Shown: positions 35,521-40,000 of the stretch, in pieces
Layout: the number at the start of each line of letters is the position of its first letter
How positions within the stretch are numbered: position 1 is the first letter of the stretch
NCBI GenBank assembly: GCA_963826075.1
Contig: CAWGVQ010000007.1
Location: forward strand, 318,858-358,857
Length of the DNA: 40,000 bases
From: an uncultured Chloroflexia bacterium
GTDB lineage: Bacteria > Chloroflexota > Ktedonobacteria > Ktedonobacterales > JADMIN01
Reading direction: 5' to 3'
Notes under the pieces: generated by a model
What the model saw: only the letters and a program-made list of their open reading frames with translations
What the model was told of the DNA's origin: nothing
Databases searched by the model: none
Made by a program: the position numbers and the translations under genes

Positions 35521-36957
35521 ATGCCAGTACGTGCTATACTCCGGTTATTGTCACCAGACCCCACTGATCACTGTAAAGGATATCGCGACGACGTGACAGC
35601 CGAGCCCACTTCTCCCGTAGGTCGCAATGGACGCTATATCAAAGGGCGCTACCGGGTAGCCGTCGACACGCTAGGCGCAGACGGGCTGGCTTCTGGCCCG
35701 GTGATCCAAAGTCTCCAGCAGCCGGCCGCCGCCGACTGGGCACCGCTCGGCGACCGAGAGGAGCTCGGCGCACTGCCGCCCGATAGGCTCAGCTTCGTTG
35801 GCGCGCTACCCGGCGAGGTGGTGGAGGTCGAGGTATCCTGGAGCATCCCGCCTCTTCAAACCAAGAATCGAAGACGAAGCAGACGACATGGCCGACGCCC
35901 ACAAGAGCCAGTGGTGCGGATCACATCGGTAATCGAGCCATCCCCGCTACGCGTGGAGCCGAAGTGTCCCGTATTTGGCGAATGTGGCGGTTGCCAGCTA
36001 CAACATCTCTCCTATGCCGCCCAGCTGCAGTGGAAAACCAGGCGGGTACAGGAGGCGATGTCGGCCGTAGGTATGGAGAATGTGGTGGTGCTACCGGCGA
36101 TCGGCGCAAGCTATCCCTGGAACTATCGCAACCACATGCGCTTCTCGGTGACCAGGCGAGGAGAGGCCGGATTGACCGCGCGCGTGACTCACCGGATTAT
36201 CCCGCTGACAGCCTGCCCGATAGCTCACCAGCGCATCAACGATGTCCTGGAGCTGGTCTCGGCGCAGCAAGCCAAACTATCACCGCCTCAGCTGGTGGCT
36301 CGCTACAGCGAGGCCAGCAATCATCTGCTGCTTCAACCAGCTCCCAACGGCGAAATTGCCGCCAGGCTTGCCGCTTCCGGTGTCGAGATTCGATACACCG
36401 ACATGGAGGAGTCACTTGCCGGCAGACAATTCCGTATTCGTCCCAGCTCGTTCTTTCAGACCAATACCCATCAGGCCGGCCTGATGGCTGAACTGGTGCT
36501 GGCACGTATACCGGCGGGGCGCGGCCTCACCTGGGTAGACGCCTATTGTGGAGTAGGAACATTTGCCCGGCTTATGGCGGATCGGATTGGTGACGTAGTC
36601 GCCATCGAGGAGTCGGCCAGCGCCATTCGCGATGCCCGTTGGAACCTGCGTGACGCCAGTAATGTGGTGCTGCTGCAAGGCAAGGTAGAAGAGCTTTTGC
36701 CGAAGCTGGAACGCCAACTAGATGGCCTGGTGATCGATCCACCTCGAGCCGGATGCGGGCGTCCGGTTCTAGATGCGCTACTCGCCCGCCGGTTGGCGAA
36801 CGTCGTGTACGTCTCCTGTAATCCTGACACACTTGCCGACGACCTCGCCTACCTCACCATCGCTCACCGCGGGTATGGCGTTGTCTCGGTACAGCCGCTG
36901 GATATGTTTCCGCAGACCTCCCATATCGAGACTATTACTTTGCTGGAGGCCCGATGA
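35521..36957 (+). CDS. RumA/TrmA-family SAM-dependent RNA (uracil-5)-methyltransferase
   Basis: 478 aa. It has the Fe-S cysteine cluster CPVFGECGGCQLQH, FFQTN, the SAM motif DAYCGVGTF, and the C-terminal YVSCNP. Confidence 0.85.
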   Translation: MPVRAILRLLSPDPTDHCKGYRDDVTAEPTSPVGRNGRYIKGRYRVAVDTLGADGLASGPVIQSLQQPAAADWAPLGDREELGALPPDRLSFVGALPGEVVEVEVSWSIPPLQTKNRRRSRRHGRRPQEPVVRITSVIEPSPLRVEPKCPVFGECGGCQLQHLSYAAQLQWKTRRVQEAMSAVGMENVVVLPAIGASYPWNYRNHMRFSVTRRGEAGLTARVTHRIIPLTACPIAHQRINDVLELVSAQQAKLSPPQLVARYSEASNHLLLQPAPNGEIAARLAASGVEIRYTDMEESLAGRQFRIRPSSFFQTNTHQAGLMAELVLARIPAGRGLTWVDAYCGVGTFARLMADRIGDVVAIEESASAIRDARWNLRDASNVVLLQGKVEELLPKLERQLDGLVIDPPRAGCGRPVLDALLARRLANVVYVSCNPDTLADDLAYLTIAHRGYGVVSVQPLDMFPQTSHIETITLLEAR

Positions 36958-37655
36958 TGTCCAAGCAGTCCTTGTTTCCGCTCTACCTGGCCTCGACTTC
37001 TCCTCGCCGCCGAGAGCTGCTGGCGCGAGCCAACATAGCCTTCGAGCTCCTGGCAAGCGAGGTGGATGAAGATGGTCTTACCGCCGACTTTACTGGAGAG
37101 TGGGAGGAGCTTGGCCAGTACCTGGCCACGGCGAAAGCACTTCAGGCGCGATCTCATTTGGTGAGGCAGCGGAAGTGGGGGCGGGTCCTGACGGCTGATA
37201 CCACAGTGCTGCTGGATGGCCGATCATTGTCCAAGCCGCATGATCTTGTCGAAGCGCGAAGGATGTTGCGCGATCTGCGCGGGCGCGAACACGTGGTCGC
37301 CACCGGGGTGGCTGTGGCGGAGCTGAACGGCTGCATAACCGCTGCCACCTCTACCACTCGTGTTCTGATGCGTGACTACAGTGACGATGAGATCGAACGC
37401 TACGTAGCAACCGGCGATTCTCTGGATAAAGCGGGCGGTTACGGAGTACAGCATCCGGACTTCCAGCCAGTCAAAGCCATTTACGGATGCCACCTGGGAG
37501 TTGTAGGGCTACCCCTGTGCATGGTGCACGCTCTGCTGGAGAAAACGCCGTTGCCGCCGCCGAGCGCGGCATGCCCCTGGTCGGAGAATTGCACCGATTC
37601 GCCGGAGCTGCGAATGCCCGGTGGTGCCGGAAACGACGGCCGGTTGCCATGCTGA
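36954..37655 (+). CDS. maf: Maf-like nucleoside triphosphate pyrophosphatase
   Basis: 233 aa. It has LYLASTSPRRRELL, VLTADTVV-like TADTTVLLDG and AGGYGVQ. There is a ~35-aa Cys/Pro-rich C-terminal extension. Confidence 0.85.
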   Translation: MMSKQSLFPLYLASTSPRRRELLARANIAFELLASEVDEDGLTADFTGEWEELGQYLATAKALQARSHLVRQRKWGRVLTADTTVLLDGRSLSKPHDLVEARRMLRDLRGREHVVATGVAVAELNGCITAATSTTRVLMRDYSDDEIERYVATGDSLDKAGGYGVQHPDFQPVKAIYGCHLGVVGLPLCMVHALLEKTPLPPPSAACPWSENCTDSPELRMPGGAGNDGRLPC

Positions 37656-38596
37656 GGGACAGTCCGGTGCGGGGACGGTATGCGCCCTCTCCCAGCGGTA
37701 GCCTGCACCTGGGGAATCTGCGTACCGCGCTACTGGCCTGGCTGATGGCTCGACATGAGGGCGGGCAATTTATATTGCGCATCGAAGATCTTGACCGGCC
37801 TCGGGTGCGCTCCGGCGGGACGGCGAGCATACTGGCCGATCTCAGCTGGCTTGGGCTCAGCTGGGATGAAGGGCCTGACATCGGCGGGTTCGCCGGGCCA
37901 TATTACCAGTCGGAGCGCGAGTATCTTTACCGTGCGGCGCTGGCGCGTCTGGAGGCGTCGGATCTCATCTACCCTTGCTACTGCACACGTGCTGAGCTAG
38001 TGGGAATTGCCAGCGCCCCGCAACCCGGCGAAGATGGCCCGCGTTATCCTGGAACCTGCCAAAAATTGACACGGCGGCAGCGGCGGCAGCTTGAGGCAGA
38101 GGGACGAAACGCCGCGCTGCGCTTCCGTGCTCCCCAGGGGACACTGGCCTTTACCGATGCGGTTGCTGGACACCAGGAGGGCTCGGTAGCCGAGCGCTTC
38201 GGCGATTTTGCCGTACGGCGCAGCGACGGCGTCTTCTCCTATCAGCTAACCGTGGTGGTGGATGACGCTTTGATGGGCGTAACCCAGGTGGTGCGCGGCG
38301 CTGATCTCGTACCATCCACATTCAAACAGCTTGCGCTGTTCGCCGCGCTGGGCTACGGCGCCCCCAGCCGGTTCGCCCATGTGCCGCTGTTGTTGGATCA
38401 GTCTGGAAGGCGAATGGCCAAGCGTGCCGGCTCCGAGGGGCTGGAAGCGCTACGATCACGAGGCATGCTCCGCGAGCAGGTGCTGGGACTACTGGCCCAT
38501 AGCTGCGGGCTCTCCTCCTCCAGCCAACCTGCCGACCTAGCGGAACTCTTGGCCACATTTGACGTGGCTCGGCTCAGCTGGGCGCCCAGCCAATAA
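37649..38596 (+). CDS. gluQ: glutamyl-Q tRNA(Asp) synthetase
   Basis: 315 aa from the ATG at 37649, overlapping the maf stop in ATGCTGA. It has GRYAPSPSGSLHLGNLRTALLAWL, RIEDLD and the Zn motif CYCTR...YPGTC. Confidence 0.85.
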   Translation: MLRDSPVRGRYAPSPSGSLHLGNLRTALLAWLMARHEGGQFILRIEDLDRPRVRSGGTASILADLSWLGLSWDEGPDIGGFAGPYYQSEREYLYRAALARLEASDLIYPCYCTRAELVGIASAPQPGEDGPRYPGTCQKLTRRQRRQLEAEGRNAALRFRAPQGTLAFTDAVAGHQEGSVAERFGDFAVRRSDGVFSYQLTVVVDDALMGVTQVVRGADLVPSTFKQLALFAALGYGAPSRFAHVPLLLDQSGRRMAKRAGSEGLEALRSRGMLREQVLGLLAHSCGLSSSSQPADLAELLATFDVARLSWAPSQ

Positions 38597-38683
38597 GTGA
38601 GAGTCGATTTGACACAGGTGACCCGGGTCTTCTAGAATGCTTGGATGATGTGGTTGCCGCAGCCGGCAGTCAAGGAGCGGGCA

Positions 38684-39547
38684 ATGGTGGGCGCACGAGC
38701 GAAGAAAGCCGATAAAGAGCAGCTAGACGAGGATGTGCGCGAACGGTTTCTCGACGACGCCGGCCATGAGCTGCGTACACCTATTACGGCGCTCAAAGGC
38801 CAGATACAGCTCATGCAGCGGAGACTGCGGAAAGATACTGCTCGCCAGGAGGATCTCGTTGACCTCGATCGTATGCTCTATCAGGTGCAGCGCCTCAACC
38901 ACCAGCTCGATGTGCTTCTCGCTGCAACTCACATCCGGGAGAAGCGCTACAGCGTGCTGCTAGGTCCATGCGACATTGTGGCGGTAGCGCGACAGCTTGT
39001 GGCCATCTACGCCGCAGGCACCACCAGCCACACCATACGCTTTGAAACTTCGGTCGATGAGCTTATCGGTGATTGGGACCGGCGGCGAATTGAAGAAGCT
39101 CTCTCTGCGCTGCTTTCCAATGCCATAAAATATAGTCCTCCTGGTAAAATCCTCGTATTGATAACTCGCCTAGGAAATGTCGCTCATATCGAGGTACATG
39201 ACGACGGAATCGGGGTACCTTCTCGTGAGCGAAGCTCCATTTTTCGCCCCTACACGACCGGCACCAGAGCGGAAAGTGCCGGGATCGGCCTGGGCCTATA
39301 CGTGGCGCGCGAGGCTGTCAGATGCCAGCATGGTCGCATAGGTGTTCGTTCCGGCGACGGGAGAGGAAGCAGTTTCTGGTTTGACCTTCCACTCGAACAG
39401 CCGCTTCCTCGGCCTCGCCGCGCGAGCCCAAGCGGCCGTTCTGCTCATAGTGCGACTTCAGGGGAATTGGAAGGCTCGGAGGCGCAAGCGACCGAGACTG
39501 CCGAGGTTCCCGCGACCGCCCCACGCCTGGCCGCAGCAGTGCTGTAA
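38684..39547 (+). CDS. sensor-less (soluble) histidine kinase
   Basis: I prefer the ATG at 38684 (AAGGAG 7 nt upstream) over 38645. The H-box FLDDAGHELRTPITAL begins ~25 residues from the start. The HATPase N box reads LLSNAIKYS and the G box reads GIGLGLYV. There is no TM or sensor domain. Confidence 0.8.
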   Translation: MVGARAKKADKEQLDEDVRERFLDDAGHELRTPITALKGQIQLMQRRLRKDTARQEDLVDLDRMLYQVQRLNHQLDVLLAATHIREKRYSVLLGPCDIVAVARQLVAIYAAGTTSHTIRFETSVDELIGDWDRRRIEEALSALLSNAIKYSPPGKILVLITRLGNVAHIEVHDDGIGVPSRERSSIFRPYTTGTRAESAGIGLGLYVAREAVRCQHGRIGVRSGDGRGSSFWFDLPLEQPLPRPRRASPSGRSAHSATSGELEGSEAQATETAEVPATAPRLAAAVL

Positions 39548-39552
39548 ATGCC

Positions 39553-39581
39553 TTGCGGAGTCGCTGCTCGCCCGCTACAAT
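39553..39581 (+). promoter_or_regulatory. candidate promoter TTGCGG-N17-TACAAT
   Basis: Read from the sequence, 37 nt upstream of the ATG at 39618. Confidence 0.35.
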
Positions 39582-39617
39582 GTCGATGACGACGAGTTTT
39601 TTGGAGAGCAACCACCT

Positions 39618-40000
39618 ATGTCTCGCCTGCTTCAGCCAGTGCGACGCTCATGCAGCGTGATGCTGGCCGCTTTGTGTCTGGCGCTTGGTTTGTCCAGCTG
39701 CGGTCTCACTATTCATCCTGGCGGTAGCGAGATCGCCTTTCTGCGTGGTGGCACAATCTGGGTGATTCAGCCTGACGGCAGCAGTACCCGCTCCCTGACC
39801 TCTGGCGACATTACCAGTCTGGCTTGGTCGCCTAACCATCATCAGGTGATCTACCGGATGCTGGAAACAGCGACGACGTTTCCCGCTCCTACCCAGACCC
39901 GTCCAGTGCCTGACGCCAGCGCCGGCATATCGGTGATCGGCATCGATGGCGGCTTTCCGCTGCTGCTTACTCGAGACGACGCCGCTACTCTGCGGAGCGA
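39618..40000 (+). CDS. lipoprotein, TolB-like beta-propeller (partial; runs off the window)
   Basis: Not in the ORF track because there is no stop in the window. My translation is MSRLLQPVRRSCSVMLAALCLALGLSSCGLTIHPGGSEIAFLRGGTIWVIQPDGSSTRSLTSGDITSLAWSPNHHQVIY... It has the lipobox LSSC and a TolB-style repeat. Confidence 0.65.
   Translation, partial: MSRLLQPVRRSCSVMLAALCLALGLSSCGLTIHPGGSEIAFLRGGTIWVIQPDGSSTRSLTSGDITSLAWSPNHHQVIYRMLETATTFPAPTQTRPVPDASAGISVIGIDGGFPLLLTRDDAATLRS

Noticed and set aside
1-40000. CRISPR arrays, rRNA genes, retron/DGR-type reverse transcriptases, large defence ATPases
   Set aside because: I looked for regularly spaced repeats of 25-40 bp and for RT (YxDD), helicase or Walker-A-rich large ORFs in the accessory region. 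I found none. The only Walker-A proteins are FtsY, Lon and MutS.

Overview
Visibly GC-rich bacterial chromosomal window. The protein style suggests Chloroflexota/Ktedonobacteria or an actinobacterium-like host, but that is a guess and cannot be verified here. Two parts. (1) About 2.2-16.4 kb is a 14.2-kb integrated element inserted in the 3' end of a tRNA-Asn(GTT) gene. It is bounded by a 96-bp direct repeat (88/96 identical, with a 41-bp perfect core). It carries a tyrosine integrase, small excisionase-like genes, a Rep_trans-type rolling-circle initiator, a PIN toxin-antitoxin pair, an IS630-family insertion sequence, an ECF sigma/anti-sigma/lipoprotein module, and several unknown membrane or DNA-binding proteins. 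I saw no recognisable conjugative DNA translocase. (2) The flanks are housekeeping genes: DUF2199, prs, an acyltransferase, secD-secF, a GT-C-like membrane protein, accA-accD, ftsY, lon, a CoA-binding protein, mutS, glpD, an RNA methyltransferase, maf, gluQ, an orphan histidine kinase, and a partial TolB-like lipoprotein. A low-GC endonuclease VII gene sits between mutS and glpD. I saw no CRISPR array, no rRNA and no reverse transcriptase. The best candidates for something undescribed are the element as a whole (replicative and integrative, but with no transfer gene), its uncharacterised left arm (2433-4644), and its mobile ECF sigma / seven-bladed-propeller anti-sigma / propeller-lipoprotein cargo. 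All family assignments come from motif recognition by eye and were not confirmed by any search.
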